In this document: in pieces, positions 20,057-30,608 of the stretch
Layout of the letters: every line of letters begins with the position of its first letter
Numbering within the stretch: the stretch's first letter is position 1
NCBI GenBank assembly: GCA_943788985.1
Contig: CALSSJ010000017.1
Span: forward strand, 83,795 to 147,794
Reading direction: 5' to 3'
DNA from: an uncultured Lentisphaerales bacterium
GTDB taxonomy: Bacteria; Verrucomicrobiota; Lentisphaeria; JABSQK01; UBA12247
DNA length: 64,000 nt
Translations under genes and position numbers: made by a program
Notes under the pieces: model-generated
What the model was told of the DNA's origin: nothing
The model's database searches: none
What the model saw: the letters and a program-made list of their open reading frames with translations, nothing else

Positions 20057-21072
20057 AGTTGCGAGGTCCGCAACTTGCCGTCCTGTTGGCCATCAGCGCC
20101 AGCGCGCAGACCCTTCACGAGCCGCTCGACGAATCGCTGCAGCGAGAAGGCCAGAGCGCGCTGGGACGTGGTGTCGCCTATCTGGTCAATGAGCAGAAGC
20201 GAAACGGTTCGTGGGGCGATGACCTCGGAGCCACAGCATTCTGCCTCTACGCCCTCGAGCTGTCTCGCGCTTCGGTCAAGAAATCGACAAAGGCGCTTGC
20301 CGCTGGCTTTGTCATTACTCGTGCTGCAAAACTAGACACCTTGGAGGTCGCCGACCGCGTTTATGCGGTCAGTGCCGCGATTTTGGCCTTGTCTGCCCAC
20401 TCAGCGGAGAAACACGCGGGAGTTATCGCCACTCTCCACGACCAACTGCTGAAGTCACAGCCGCAGTTGTGGGCACGTCAGACCGCCACCTATGGCAACC
20501 AGGATCGGCATGCCTACATCACAGACGTTCACTGGGTGCTGGAGGCATGTGCGGCCGTCGAGCTTCCTGCCATAGTCTCTGGGCGCGCCGCACAATTTCT
20601 CAGCGACTGTCAGATTATCGATGACTCACTCGGCGACAGCTTTACCGGAGCATTCGCCTACTCCCCATCAGCCCTCAAAAGCAAGCCCCCCCACCGCATC
20701 TGGGCTCAGGGCAGCTTCACCGCAGCTGGTATCAAGAGCCTACTCTTCTGCAATGTGCCCACGGACGATTCTCGGATTCAGCTGGGTCTGGAGTGGCTTG
20801 CCCGCTATCCCAAGCCCGTAGAAAACCCGAAAGCCGGAAGTGCTGGCTACTACAGCTACCTGTATTTGCTCTCGACCATGAACAGGATGCTTCAGGCGCA
20901 GGCTGCGGTACCGGTCCGTCACCGCCACATGCAGAGAGCCATCTGCGAAGAAGTCTTGGCACGCCAGCGCGGCGCTGGAAACTGGGAAAGCGACAGCATT
21001 CTCTGGCGAGAAGGTGACCGCAACCTGTGCACCGCCTATGCGATCATCGCCCTCAGCCTCACCCTCGAGTAA
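20053..21072 (+). CDS. Secreted prenyltransferase/squalene-oxidase-repeat (terpenoid-cyclase-fold) protein
   Basis: ATG 20053 overlaps the dapF stop. Has a signal peptide (AVLLAISASAQT) and repeats of the NGSWGDD...FCLYALE type. Confidence 0.5.
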   Translation: MKLRGPQLAVLLAISASAQTLHEPLDESLQREGQSALGRGVAYLVNEQKRNGSWGDDLGATAFCLYALELSRASVKKSTKALAAGFVITRAAKLDTLEVADRVYAVSAAILALSAHSAEKHAGVIATLHDQLLKSQPQLWARQTATYGNQDRHAYITDVHWVLEACAAVELPAIVSGRAAQFLSDCQIIDDSLGDSFTGAFAYSPSALKSKPPHRIWAQGSFTAAGIKSLLFCNVPTDDSRIQLGLEWLARYPKPVENPKAGSAGYYSYLYLLSTMNRMLQAQAAVPVRHRHMQRAICEEVLARQRGAGNWESDSILWREGDRNLCTAYAIIALSLTLE

Positions 21073-21562
21073 CCAGATACGCTGCGAACTTCGCAACCCA
21101 GTCAATCTGGTTCTCGGTATCGGGTACGGCCAAACCTCGTGCTTCGCTCATCCATTGAAACGCTTGCGCCGTATCGACGCCAAACGACACCATCAGAGAC
21201 GTCGCGATCATCGACGCACGACCAATCCCCATCCGGCAGTGAGCCACCACGGGCGTCCCACTCACGACAGCCACCTTCAGTGAATGGATAAACAGTGACC
21301 ATTCTGGCATCGATGATGGGATCCCTATATCAGTGATCGGGAAGCGACGGAACTCAATGTCCTGTGCCTTGCAGAACCGCGCCTCGTCCTGAATATCGAG
21401 TTCCCGCATCTCGCTATCGGTAAGCGCAGAAGCGACGACTCCCACACCTGCAGTCTTCCAGGATACGACCTCATGCTCAAGCCAATCCCCGCCCCGCGGG
21501 CGCGCCATGGTCCCAATTCGGCCATGCGGAAATTCTTTGAGCCAATAAATGTCAGCGATCAT
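21059..21562 (-). CDS. Dual-specificity / tyrosine protein phosphatase
   Basis: 167 aa with the CX5R active-site loop VVAHCRMGIGRAS. Confidence 0.7.
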   Translation of the reverse strand: MIADIYWLKEFPHGRIGTMARPRGGDWLEHEVVSWKTAGVGVVASALTDSEMRELDIQDEARFCKAQDIEFRRFPITDIGIPSSMPEWSLFIHSLKVAVVSGTPVVAHCRMGIGRASMIATSLMVSFGVDTAQAFQWMSEARGLAVPDTENQIDWVAKFAAYLVTRG

Positions 21563-21665
21563 CGCTTACCTTCGTCAATGTCAACAGCAGACCGAAAGGA
21601 TCGAATCGAGTCGATCCTTTCAATGGCCCCATTCTTGAGTACTGGCTGGGAAGCATCTATACGTG

Positions 21666-24293
21666 CTACTGCTGCAGCTTTAGGGCAACGTTCAGCAATT
21701 CCTCGAGATCAGCGTTCAGGTTAACCTGAACGTTGTAGGTCTGCCCGTTGGGGTTGCTGCTTTCCCGGCCAAAAAGCTTCACGTGCATCGGCGCGGAGGC
21801 ACCGGGCTCGTTGACCTCCAGACGAAAAAAGTCATAGGTGAAATCGCGCAGCGCTTTCTCGGCGTTGACCAGCTGTGAGTACTGTTTGGACCCCGGCGCC
21901 ATCCCGGCCGTCAGCAACTCGTCCTTCTGCATGCGTAAGTGGCCCTGCTGGCCAGGAATAGAGTAGAGGAAGCCACGGCCAACTTTGACGCGCCCTTCTT
22001 CGTACCCCATGGGAACCCGGCCATAGATACGGCCCGCACCAGTGGCGTTGTAGTCGGGTAGCAGGGCGGCCAGTTTGTCCAGATCAAGATGCTCGGCACG
22101 CACGTCCGTGGTCAGCGCAATCTCGCCATCCAGAGGCAGTCGAACAGCTGCGGCCAGCAGATCTCCATCGCACCAGCCGAGCTCTACCTTCTCGATAAAC
22201 AGGCTGTCCTTGGACTCCAACTGCCAGTCCACCCAACCCGGCCCCGCCGACACTGTGCCCAGACTCGCGGTGGAAAATGTGAACGTCTGCCCCGGGTGAG
22301 TTCGCAAGGCTGCGAAGTCTGCAACTTGGACCAAGCCTGAGAATCCATCAATTGTGAGTTCATCATCCGCCCTAGTGATCGACAGCCCTTCGCAAGCAAG
22401 CCCGCCAGCAATCGTCCCCTCTGTGAGCGATAGGTGAGCGCTGAGTCTTCCATTCGTGACAGCGAGCCCTTTGACAAATTTTCCCACGAGACTCACTGGA
22501 ATATGTGGCAACTGCAGCGACGCGGTATCCCCTGTCCTGGATGCGGTGCCTTCCAGTGCCACCGTTTCTCCCGCACAATCAAGCTTCCCTAGGATGTTGA
22601 ATCCTTCGGTGGACGGCTCGGCGGTCAGGGTCAGGTCCCCAGAACTGGAGTACGCGTGAATTCCCGCCACGGCAAGTTCCACGGGGGCAATCAGGGAGTA
22701 TGTCTCGTCTGCCCCAAACCGGATTGGTAATAACGCTGAGATGGAACGTGCAGTGTTATCCCCAAACTTCGCAGCACCGGTCGTCACCCTAAGTTGCACG
22801 TCTGCCTGTGTTCCTCGACCAGAGATTGTTGCAGCAATCTCTAGGTCTTCGATCTCTCCGGCATCGCATGCCAGTTTCCCTTCTTGTCCAATGACCGAGA
22901 GTTCCAAGGATGACGGCGGCCCGGCAGTGGACTCGTTCCACTGAGCCGAGCCGCTGACGCCAACTTGTCCCAGAGAAACGACATAGTCATCACAAGCGAC
23001 TTCCAAATCACGCAGGGTCAAGCTCTCCGACACGAACAGCGGGCCATCCCAGCGAACGCTGGCGTGCGTCTCCAGAAGACCGGAAAGAGCAACGCCTTGC
23101 CGCACAAGCGCGATCTCTGATCCGGAAATTGCGAACTCCGCACATTGGTCGCTGAGCGATGCCTCGACACTTGCCACGACCATGCCGCTGCCGTGCTCGG
23201 CTAGGTCCAGTATCGCAGTTGCGGAGACCGCATCCTGGCCCGCGCATACGACATTTTGGAGCAGTACATCCGGACGAATCTGGAGCTGATCGATTGCGAC
23301 ATCACCGCTGTCGAGGTCATAACTGAACAGGCTCCTAGTTGGGCGTATCTCCAGACCAACGGCCTCGATCACGCCCTGATCCAACTCGACCTGCACCGTG
23401 CGATTTGCGAAGTTTGCAACAACATCCACGCCAACGGCGCGCACGCCATCAGACTGTAATTGGGCGATGTGCAACTGGCCGTGCCCTGAGAGCGCTCGGT
23501 CATACTTGAGGACAACTTCGCGCAGACCAACCGAGCCAGCCATGTCCTGGTAGCGGCCGCGAACCACGCCGGGATCGACGAAAATTTCCGCAGCTTCAAG
23601 CTGCCATTCTTTCATTGTGCATTCGCCGGCCGCGCTGAGACTTCCGATGAGCTCGCAGCCATCTGGAAGTAACTCGCTCAGTTGACGAAGATTCAGATAA
23701 TCGAGAGACAGAGTTGCGGCCCCGTTGCCGGCTACGTCCACAGCTAGGGTGACGTTGGCCGCCGCGATGGAATCGGCATGCATTCGAATCGTACCGCCCA
23801 GCTGCGGTTGTGTTGTCAGACGAGCATCCACTACGACTTCGCCGAAATCCACGATCGAAATGCGCCCATCGGCGACGCTAATATTCCACGGAAGCTGCGT
23901 CAGGTCCAGGCCCTGTTCTCCCGCAGACTCTTGCGCCTCTGAAGAGCCAACCAGACGTAGGCTCCCGTCCTCGATGGCAAGCACAGCCATGGGTGCGAAA
24001 AACTCCACGCTGGTGACCTTGCGGGCAATGGGATCGAAACGGACCCGCACATCGCGGGCCGTTATGCCTTGGACACGGACATCACGTAGGTGCAGTTCCT
24101 GCAGCCCAATTCCGACCACGATGCACGAAGCACCGGGCAGCAGTCTCGCGCCCGCGCGATCGACTGCGAACTGCGCAATTGGCCGGCGCAGCAGCGCGAC
24201 AAGCACGGCAACTGTCAGGGCCACGGCGTAAAGCCGCGCCCATTTTCGAGGCGCTTTCACGCTGTCCAGTTGCCGCCTGTCGCGCATCGACAC
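21666..24293 (-). CDS. Large AsmA/YdbH-like envelope protein
   Basis: 875 aa with an N-terminal TM anchor and a long beta-rich body. The C-terminal region (GRIYGRVPMGYEEGRVKVGRGFLYS...FTYDFFRLEV...NLNADLEELL) resembles YdbH/AsmA-family termini. Family assignment comes from memory of motifs only. Confidence 0.45.
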   Translation of the reverse strand: MSMRDRRQLDSVKAPRKWARLYAVALTVAVLVALLRRPIAQFAVDRAGARLLPGASCIVVGIGLQELHLRDVRVQGITARDVRVRFDPIARKVTSVEFFAPMAVLAIEDGSLRLVGSSEAQESAGEQGLDLTQLPWNISVADGRISIVDFGEVVVDARLTTQPQLGGTIRMHADSIAAANVTLAVDVAGNGAATLSLDYLNLRQLSELLPDGCELIGSLSAAGECTMKEWQLEAAEIFVDPGVVRGRYQDMAGSVGLREVVLKYDRALSGHGQLHIAQLQSDGVRAVGVDVVANFANRTVQVELDQGVIEAVGLEIRPTRSLFSYDLDSGDVAIDQLQIRPDVLLQNVVCAGQDAVSATAILDLAEHGSGMVVASVEASLSDQCAEFAISGSEIALVRQGVALSGLLETHASVRWDGPLFVSESLTLRDLEVACDDYVVSLGQVGVSGSAQWNESTAGPPSSLELSVIGQEGKLACDAGEIEDLEIAATISGRGTQADVQLRVTTGAAKFGDNTARSISALLPIRFGADETYSLIAPVELAVAGIHAYSSSGDLTLTAEPSTEGFNILGKLDCAGETVALEGTASRTGDTASLQLPHIPVSLVGKFVKGLAVTNGRLSAHLSLTEGTIAGGLACEGLSITRADDELTIDGFSGLVQVADFAALRTHPGQTFTFSTASLGTVSAGPGWVDWQLESKDSLFIEKVELGWCDGDLLAAAVRLPLDGEIALTTDVRAEHLDLDKLAALLPDYNATGAGRIYGRVPMGYEEGRVKVGRGFLYSIPGQQGHLRMQKDELLTAGMAPGSKQYSQLVNAEKALRDFTYDFFRLEVNEPGASAPMHVKLFGRESSNPNGQTYNVQVNLNADLEELLNVALKLQQ

Positions 24294-25439
24294 CTATTGC
24301 GGCTCGGAGAAAATCCCCGTTACACGCTTTAGAAAGGCGCGCAGCTTGGGATGAACGCCGTCGTCCAGACTCTTGGCAAATTCCTGGAGTTTCTCTCGCT
24401 GATGTGAGCGCAGGTTTCGCGGAATCTCCACCGCAATCCGCACGTGCTGGTCGCCCCGGCCACGACCCTGCAGAGAAGGAATTCCCTTGCCCCGCATGCG
24501 CATGACGATGCCGTTCTGCGTGCCTGGGGGAATCTTGAGATTTGCCATTCCTGAGATGGTGGGCACTTCGATCGTGCCGCCCAGCGCTGCGGTCGGAAAG
24601 TCAATCGGCATGTCGACGATGATATCGTTGTCTTCGCGTTGGAAAACGTCATGCTCTTTGATGTGCAGAACAACAAACAGGTTACCGTTCGGGCCACCAC
24701 GGGCTCCGGCATCTCCTTCGCCAGCCACACGCAAGCGCGAGCCGGTATCGACACCCGCGGGGATGCGAATCTGGATCTTCTTAGCCTTGTTCACAGTCCC
24801 GTCGCCCTGACAGCTGCCGCACGGGTGATCGACCGTCTCGCCGGTCCCATTACAGCGTCCGCAGGGCTGGCGCACGCTGAAGAAGCCCTGAGCCATGGTC
24901 ACTTGGCCAGCACCGCCGCATTGCGCACAGCGTGTGCGGCTGGCGCCAGCGCCGAGTCCACTGCCCTTGCACGTGTCGCAGCAGGCCCCCTTGCTGACCT
25001 CGATCTGCTTTTCGCAGCCGAATACCGCTTCTTCAAAAGTGATCTGCATATCATAGCGGAGATCGGCGCCTTGCTGCGCACCACCGCGCCGTCGACGGCC
25101 GCCACCGCCACCGCCGCCACCACCAAAGAACTCTTCAAAAATACTCCCAGCACCGCCAAAGGCTTGGCTGAAGATATCAAACGGGTCCACTCCGGGCCCG
25201 CCGCCGGAACCTTGCCGCGTAAAGGCGTCATGGCCGACCTGGTCATACATCTGGCGCTTTTCTGCGTCACTCAGAACTTCATAGGCCTGAGAGATTTCTT
25301 TGAACTTTGTTTCTGCCTCTGGATTGTCCGGATTGGTGTCCGGGTGATACTTCATCGCCAGCTTACGATAGGCTTTCTTCAGATCGCCTTCAGCGACGCC
25401 GCGTTCAACGCCCAATGCTTGATAGTAGTCTTTGGACAT
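24294..25439 (-). CDS. dnaJ: Molecular chaperone DnaJ
   Basis: J-domain (DYYQALGV...[14 protein letters not shown]), a G/F-rich linker, and four CxxCxGxG zinc-finger repeats. Confidence 0.95.
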   Translation of the reverse strand: MSKDYYQALGVERGVAEGDLKKAYRKLAMKYHPDTNPDNPEAETKFKEISQAYEVLSDAEKRQMYDQVGHDAFTRQGSGGGPGVDPFDIFSQAFGGAGSIFEEFFGGGGGGGGGRRRRGGAQQGADLRYDMQITFEEAVFGCEKQIEVSKGACCDTCKGSGLGAGASRTRCAQCGGAGQVTMAQGFFSVRQPCGRCNGTGETVDHPCGSCQGDGTVNKAKKIQIRIPAGVDTGSRLRVAGEGDAGARGGPNGNLFVVLHIKEHDVFQREDNDIIVDMPIDFPTAALGGTIEVPTISGMANLKIPPGTQNGIVMRMRGKGIPSLQGRGRGDQHVRIAVEIPRNLRSHQREKLQEFAKSLDDGVHPKLRAFLKRVTGIFSEPQ

Positions 25440-25442
25440 GAT

Positions 25443-26036
25443 CTACTTTTCGTCCTGATCAGCCGCGGTGCCACTGCTTACGACCACGCAAGCCGGGCGA
25501 ATCAAGCGGTCTTTCAGCTGATAGCCGCGCTTGATCACCCGCAGAATGGTCCCTTCGTCGGTATCTTCGCAGTTCTCCGTCTGGAGCGCTTCGTGAATCG
25601 AAGGGTCAAATGTCTCGCCCTCTGGTTCCAGAGTGTCGATCCCCATCCGCTCGAAGGCACGATCGAACTCGTTGTGGATCATCCGCATGCCAGCCTTGAG
25701 CGCGCTGATGTCATCGGAGGTTTCGACGGCCATCATTGCGAGCTGAAAATTATCCATCACGGTCGCAAACTCCAAGACCGTCTGGATCTGTGAATTCGCG
25801 CGCGCCTCGGTCAGGTCGCGCTGCGTCCGCTTACGGAAATTATCAAACTCAGCGCGGGCGCGAAGTAGTCGATCCTTGACCGCCTGAACATCTTCCTCAT
25901 CGGGCGCGGAAGGCGCTTCCTGCTCTTTCTCCGCGTCGTTATCAGGCTCAGTTTCCTGCGACGGGTCGCTCTCCTCAGAACTAGCTTCTACCGGAGGAAT
26001 CGCTTCCTCCTCGGGTACTTCTGTATTTTCGTCCAT
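25443..26036 (-). CDS. grpE: Nucleotide exchange factor GrpE
   Basis: Acidic N-terminus followed by RARAEFDNFRKRTQRD...GYQLKDRLIRPACVVV. The stop lies 3 nt upstream of the dnaJ start. The likely start is ATG 26036. Confidence 0.9.
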   Translation of the reverse strand: MDENTEVPEEEAIPPVEASSEESDPSQETEPDNDAEKEQEAPSAPDEEDVQAVKDRLLRARAEFDNFRKRTQRDLTEARANSQIQTVLEFATVMDNFQLAMMAVETSDDISALKAGMRMIHNEFDRAFERMGIDTLEPEGETFDPSIHEALQTENCEDTDEGTILRVIKRGYQLKDRLIRPACVVVSSGTAADQDEK

Positions 26037-26207
26037 GATTTCGCTCCAAATTGGGATCAAGTTGAGCCGGGAAAGATAGTCGCCCGACACAGGGAATCAA
26101 TAACACCTGCCAGGACCCGAGCTTCAAAAAAGCGCGAGGTCAGAGCTGGCGTATTGAACGTTGCCGAACATCTTGCCCTAACTAGGGATCAGCATAAGGA
26201 GTACACT

Positions 26208-26522
26208 ATGGCGGAAAAGACGAAAGCGAAGAAATCTGGTGGCGGCGTATTTCCCTTCTTTATCGGCACGATTTTCGGCGGGCTGATTGGCCTGGGACTG
26301 GGCTGGGTGGCCTGGTCACAGTCAAGCCTGCTTGGGGGCGACGTAGAAGCGTTTCGAAAGAGTTTCATGGAAAAGTATGTGACCAACGCCACGGATACGG
26401 CAAAACGCGAAACTGCGGAATGGGCGGAAAGTCTGGCCTCCAAACTGCGAAATGATCTTGCCAGTGGACCGGCCGGAGACGTTCCGATGCCGAAGGAGCA
26501 ACCGCTTCCGCGCGGCAACTGA
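26208..26522 (+). CDS. Small hypothetical membrane protein
   Basis: ATG 26208 is preceded by AAGGAG. Has one TM segment (VFPFFIGTIFGGLIGLGLGWVAW). Confidence 0.45.
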   Translation: MAEKTKAKKSGGGVFPFFIGTIFGGLIGLGLGWVAWSQSSLLGGDVEAFRKSFMEKYVTNATDTAKRETAEWAESLASKLRNDLASGPAGDVPMPKEQPLPRGN

Positions 26523-27183
26523 GGGTTTGCGACCGTCTTCTCTCCCCCAAATGAGAAATAACCCTCCGGTGACCGGCGAAGTCCGGTCCACTGGATTGTT
26601 ATGAATCAACCGCAGACAAGGAGAATTTGCCGTGATTAGGGCAGGGGACCGCGTGCCAACCAACGGAAATTGGACCGTTGCGCTGGATGAGGGAGAGGGC
26701 CGTGTGTTCTGGTGCGGGTATCCGTTTGGCGGATGCAGGCGCGCTGTGAGGGTTGCACGGTGGCAAAGGCTGCGAGTGACAGCGAACTGATAGGCATGCT
26801 GCAGGAGGTTTCCAAATCGCAGAACCCGCCAATGGCTGCTGCTGCTCGAAGGCTGCTTGTCAACGACGGATGAATTCCTTATTTCTCATTCGCCATGGCC
26901 GAAATTAGATCCGTGCTGCGGTCAGGCCGCCCAGGGTGCAAAACCGTAGTTCGAACTTCATCTGGCGTGCGTGGTCGTGGCGACCAAAGATGCAGCACAC
27001 AGGAAACTGAGGTGGCCATGAATTACCGCCCCTCGGGTAGCTCGTTATCAATGTCCATCAGTGGTTCTGATTCTTCTCCGTTTTAGCCAATGATCCGACC
27101 ACAAGTTACGAGCCGTTTCGTGGGCGGGTTGTTGGCTTCGTCGGATGGTTTGACCACTGATCGACATTGCTGGACACTGATTT

Positions 27184-27516
27184 CTAACCTTCAATGCCGT
27201 CCTTTTCGCCCCCCCTGCACGCCTGGCCTGCGGGCCGTAACCGTCCGTGCAGCCAGATGATCGGCTCAAGCGTGTGATTATTGATGCAGCGGATCGTCCC
27301 AGCGGGGATTAATAATTCCTCACCAATAGCTGGCTTGAAGGTCTCTCCTGCAATCTCGACCGTCACTTCCCCACTGAGCAGCACGATCAGTTGGTCGAAG
27401 GTGTGTATCCTCCGGTCCGTCACCTCGCCAGGCGCTAGGGATTCACGATCGCAACTAAAACCGCGCTCCTGCCAATTTCCTACGATATCTTCGGGAATGT
27501 CGATTGGGGCCGTCAT
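27184..27516 (-). CDS. Cupin-domain protein
   Basis: 110 aa with a cupin-like beta core (HTFDQLIVLLSGEVTVEIAGETFKPAIGEELLIPAGT). The start overlaps the upstream stop (ATGA). Confidence 0.6.
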   Translation of the reverse strand: MTAPIDIPEDIVGNWQERGFSCDRESLAPGEVTDRRIHTFDQLIVLLSGEVTVEIAGETFKPAIGEELLIPAGTIRCINNHTLEPIIWLHGRLRPAGQACRGGEKDGIEG

Positions 27517-29156
27517 TTCAGGAGTTCTCCTTTCAACTCATCGGAAAGATCAGATTCGAGCAGCCAGGCCTCTGCTGCATCGGGATTCGTGCGCCGCCAA
27601 TAACGAACCGCCGATGTTACTCCTTGCACGCGCAAGCGGTCCGTTTCAAGTCCAGATGCCCAGTTTACGGCAGCTTCTGGGGATCGGCGTGCCCAGACAC
27701 CGGCCACTTGCGAATACGCTGAGGCGTCCGTAGAATTCTCTTCGAGCCAGGCAGCGGCCTGTGCCGCGTCGTTCGCTCCTCTGGCTGCCCACCTGGATGT
27801 GGTGCGCAAAACTGCGGAGCGGCGCATGGTCTCGTCAGGAAAGGAGGACGCCCAATCTACAGCCTCGCGGGGTGCCTTTGAAGCCCAGTTCTCAGCAACG
27901 TCGACATAGAGTCGATTCTGAATCTTGCTGTCTTCCAAGGTCCCGATCCACTCCACGGCTGCCGCCGGGTCCTTCGCCCCCCAGGATCTGGCGATATTCA
28001 TCACCACCGAACTGTGAGCACTGCCAAGGTCCATATCCGCCACCCAACTCGCGGCGCTCTCCGGATCCCGGGAAGACCAAGTCCGCAGCACGGTGCTGAG
28101 CGCAGAGTTCTTCGCATTTCCGTCCCCGAGTTCTGCCAGCCATGTCGCGGCGCCTTCGGGATCCTGCTGTGCCCAGCGGCTAGAGGCCGTCATCAGGCCC
28201 TGTTGACGGGTGCTGGCATCCGGCAATGAAGCCGCCCATTCAGTAGCCGCAGCCGGATCGGTGCGGCTAATAGCCTGGACGATCGCGACGTACGCCTTGT
28301 TGCGCGTCCCCTCATTTTCGAGGTTACGCGCAAATTCATAGGCAGCACTAGGATCGGCAGCTGCCATCACACTCACCAGCGTGCTGCCCAGCTCCTGATG
28401 CAACGCGTGTTCTGACAACTCCTGCGCCCAAGCAAAGGCTGCATCCTTGTCCAGCTGGCGCAATGTCCGGATCACCCCCTGGGCCGCAGCAACAAATGCG
28501 GTCTCGTCTTCCTGAGCGGTCACCCATTCAATTGCTTCTTCGCGGTTGGCCGTCACCCACTTGGAGGCGATAACATTCACCACCAGGCTGCGGTATGCGC
28601 TTGGCAAGCCGACACCCCACTCCATCCCACCTTCCATATCATGCTGCATCATCTGCGTCGCGATTGCATGCGCCAAAACGTTCTGGTCTGAGCGATCCGT
28701 CACCATCTCCACAAATTCGTACGCGGCATCCGGGTCATAGGCCAGTTGCACTGCCAGCATCCGCAGCCGATCTTGCCGCGCGGCTCGGTTCGAAATCTCT
28801 AGCGCAGCCAAAAACTCCGGCTCAAACTTTTCAAGATTCAGGCGCTGAATCACGCGCACTTTCCCCGCGGGTTCATCCGGGTCGGCGCTCGAGGAACGCC
28901 TAAACGCGTGCTTTCCTGTCGCCGTAGGATCCCCAAAACTCGGCAAAGAAGTCGCCGTACCCGCCTTCTTCGCAGCCTTCAATACCACCTCGGAACTCGC
29001 GCCAGCGCGAGAATTTTCGGTCGCCACCGGCTGCCCCCCACCTTGCTCGTTTTTGGTGCCTATAGTGGTGTCCCCCGGCCCGAAGCTGAAGACGACAATC
29101 AGCCCCGCCACGAGGAGTGGAAGAATGATTGCAAGGGGGATGCGGAGTGAGTCCAT
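27513..29156 (-). CDS. N-terminally anchored protein built from ~12 tandem 32-residue repeats (DPxAAxxWxxxL-x16-W)
   Basis: ATG 29156, with a TM segment (IPLAIILPLLVAGLIVVF). The repeats include DPAAATEWAASLPDASTRQQGLMTASSRWAQQ / DPEGAATWLAELGDGNAKNSALSTVLRTWSSR / DPESAASWVADMDLGSAHSSVVMNIARSWGAK, and more. Confidence 0.6.
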   Translation of the reverse strand: MDSLRIPLAIILPLLVAGLIVVFSFGPGDTTIGTKNEQGGGQPVATENSRAGASSEVVLKAAKKAGTATSLPSFGDPTATGKHAFRRSSSADPDEPAGKVRVIQRLNLEKFEPEFLAALEISNRAARQDRLRMLAVQLAYDPDAAYEFVEMVTDRSDQNVLAHAIATQMMQHDMEGGMEWGVGLPSAYRSLVVNVIASKWVTANREEAIEWVTAQEDETAFVAAAQGVIRTLRQLDKDAAFAWAQELSEHALHQELGSTLVSVMAAADPSAAYEFARNLENEGTRNKAYVAIVQAISRTDPAAATEWAASLPDASTRQQGLMTASSRWAQQDPEGAATWLAELGDGNAKNSALSTVLRTWSSRDPESAASWVADMDLGSAHSSVVMNIARSWGAKDPAAAVEWIGTLEDSKIQNRLYVDVAENWASKAPREAVDWASSFPDETMRRSAVLRTTSRWAARGANDAAQAAAWLEENSTDASAYSQVAGVWARRSPEAAVNWASGLETDRLRVQGVTSAVRYWRRTNPDAAEAWLLESDLSDELKGELLK

Positions 29157-29255
29157 AAAGATTGTACTTTGTGTTTCGCGTTGAACGGCTTGCGTGTCGG
29201 CGGTAAAGTAACCGCTTTGCCCGATTCCTCCAAGCAACGGCTAGGTAAACTCATC

Positions 29256-30608
29256 ATGACAGAAGATCTTACACCTTTGTTGGATCAATTAAACGACTTT
29301 GATCCCGAGGTACGGGCCGAAGCGCTTGCAGAATTACAGAGTATGGACATTTCGCGCAAGTCGCTGAAACAGCCGCATGTAAACATGCACTGCCATACCT
29401 TTCATTCCTACAATGGATACGGCTCATCCCCTTCGCGTCTCGCTTGGGAAGCCTGGGCCAAGTCCTGGTACGGAATCGCCACCTGCGACTTTGATGTATT
29501 GGACTCGGTCCCAGAATTTCTCGAAGCCGCCGATAAAATTTCCATTCGCGCTGCTGCCCATATGGAAACTCGCGTGTTTTTCAAGGAATACGCAGATCAG
29601 GTCATCAACTCCCCCGGCGAACCCGGTATCTTCTACTTCATGGGGTCCGGCTTCACGGAGCTACCGGCTGAAGATAGTGAAGACGCCCAGAAGATTGCTG
29701 CGCTGAAGACCACCGCCCAAGCGCGGAATCAGACTGTAATCGGGCTTCTCAACGGCTTTCTAGGTGAAACAGTCATCGACTACGCGGAGCACATCCTGCC
29801 GATGACCCCGACCGGTAACCCTACCGAGCGGCATATCGTACAGGCACTGGATGAGCAGATCGCTGCCACCAAGGGCTCCGGCGCCACAGCCTTCTGGGCC
29901 GATAAACTCGGTTTGGACAGCAATGCAGTTGCCAGCGCCCAGACCGACACCAACGGATTCCGCGACCTGCTGCGCAGCAAGTTGATGAAATCCGGCGGTC
30001 CGGCCTACATCCAGCCCGATCCAGCCAGCTTTCCCGCCTTGGAGGACATGATTAGTCTCTTCAAGAGCTGCGAGGCCATTCCCACAGCGGCTTGGCTTGA
30101 TGGCACTTCAGAAGGTGAATCAAACCCGACCGAGCAGCTTGAATGCCTCAAGGCCAAAGGCGTCGCAGCCGTGAACATCATTCCGGACCGCAATTGGAAC
30201 ATCGACGATCCCGATGAGCGCAACCGTAAGATTGAAAACTTTCACGCCTACGTCCAAGCAGCGGACAAGCTGCATATGCCAATTAACGTCGGCACGGAGC
30301 TCAACAAACCCGGCCAGCGCTGGATGGATGAGTTCACCGCTGAGCCAATGGCCCGCGTGGCCCCAAGCCTGATTCGCGGTGCTGAGATCATGATTGGTCA
30401 CACCCGCCTTTCTCGCTTTGCCGGTGTTACCTACTGCGGCGCCAAGGCTGAGGCTGAATTCGGCACAAACATCGATCTCAAGAACCGCGTATTTGCGGCG
30501 ATCGGTGCCTTGCCACCATTCCAGCCCGCGGTTGTTGGTTACCTCAAGCGGATGGAGCCTGAGCACAACTACGCGTACATGCGCGAGTCCATTAAGGATC
30601 GCCTGTAG
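29256..30608 (+). CDS. Putative PHP-like metal-dependent phosphoesterase
   Basis: 450 aa. The N-terminal VNMHCHTFHSYNG resembles PHP motif 1. The remainder is unassigned. Confidence 0.4.
   Translation: MTEDLTPLLDQLNDFDPEVRAEALAELQSMDISRKSLKQPHVNMHCHTFHSYNGYGSSPSRLAWEAWAKSWYGIATCDFDVLDSVPEFLEAADKISIRAAAHMETRVFFKEYADQVINSPGEPGIFYFMGSGFTELPAEDSEDAQKIAALKTTAQARNQTVIGLLNGFLGETVIDYAEHILPMTPTGNPTERHIVQALDEQIAATKGSGATAFWADKLGLDSNAVASAQTDTNGFRDLLRSKLMKSGGPAYIQPDPASFPALEDMISLFKSCEAIPTAAWLDGTSEGESNPTEQLECLKAKGVAAVNIIPDRNWNIDDPDERNRKIENFHAYVQAADKLHMPINVGTELNKPGQRWMDEFTAEPMARVAPSLIRGAEIMIGHTRLSRFAGVTYCGAKAEAEFGTNIDLKNRVFAAIGALPPFQPAVVGYLKRMEPEHNYAYMRESIKDRL

Noticed and set aside
24639-25793. 384-aa plus-strand ORF across the dnaJ/grpE region
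   Set aside because: It lies entirely antisense to two unmistakable chaperone genes. Its translation is low-complexity and Ala/Arg/Leu-rich. This is the typical high-GC antisense open frame.
24294-26036. grpE directly followed by dnaJ, with no dnaK between them
   Set aside because: Chaperone gene order varies widely among phyla, and dnaK is probably elsewhere. It is not evidence of anything unusual on its own.
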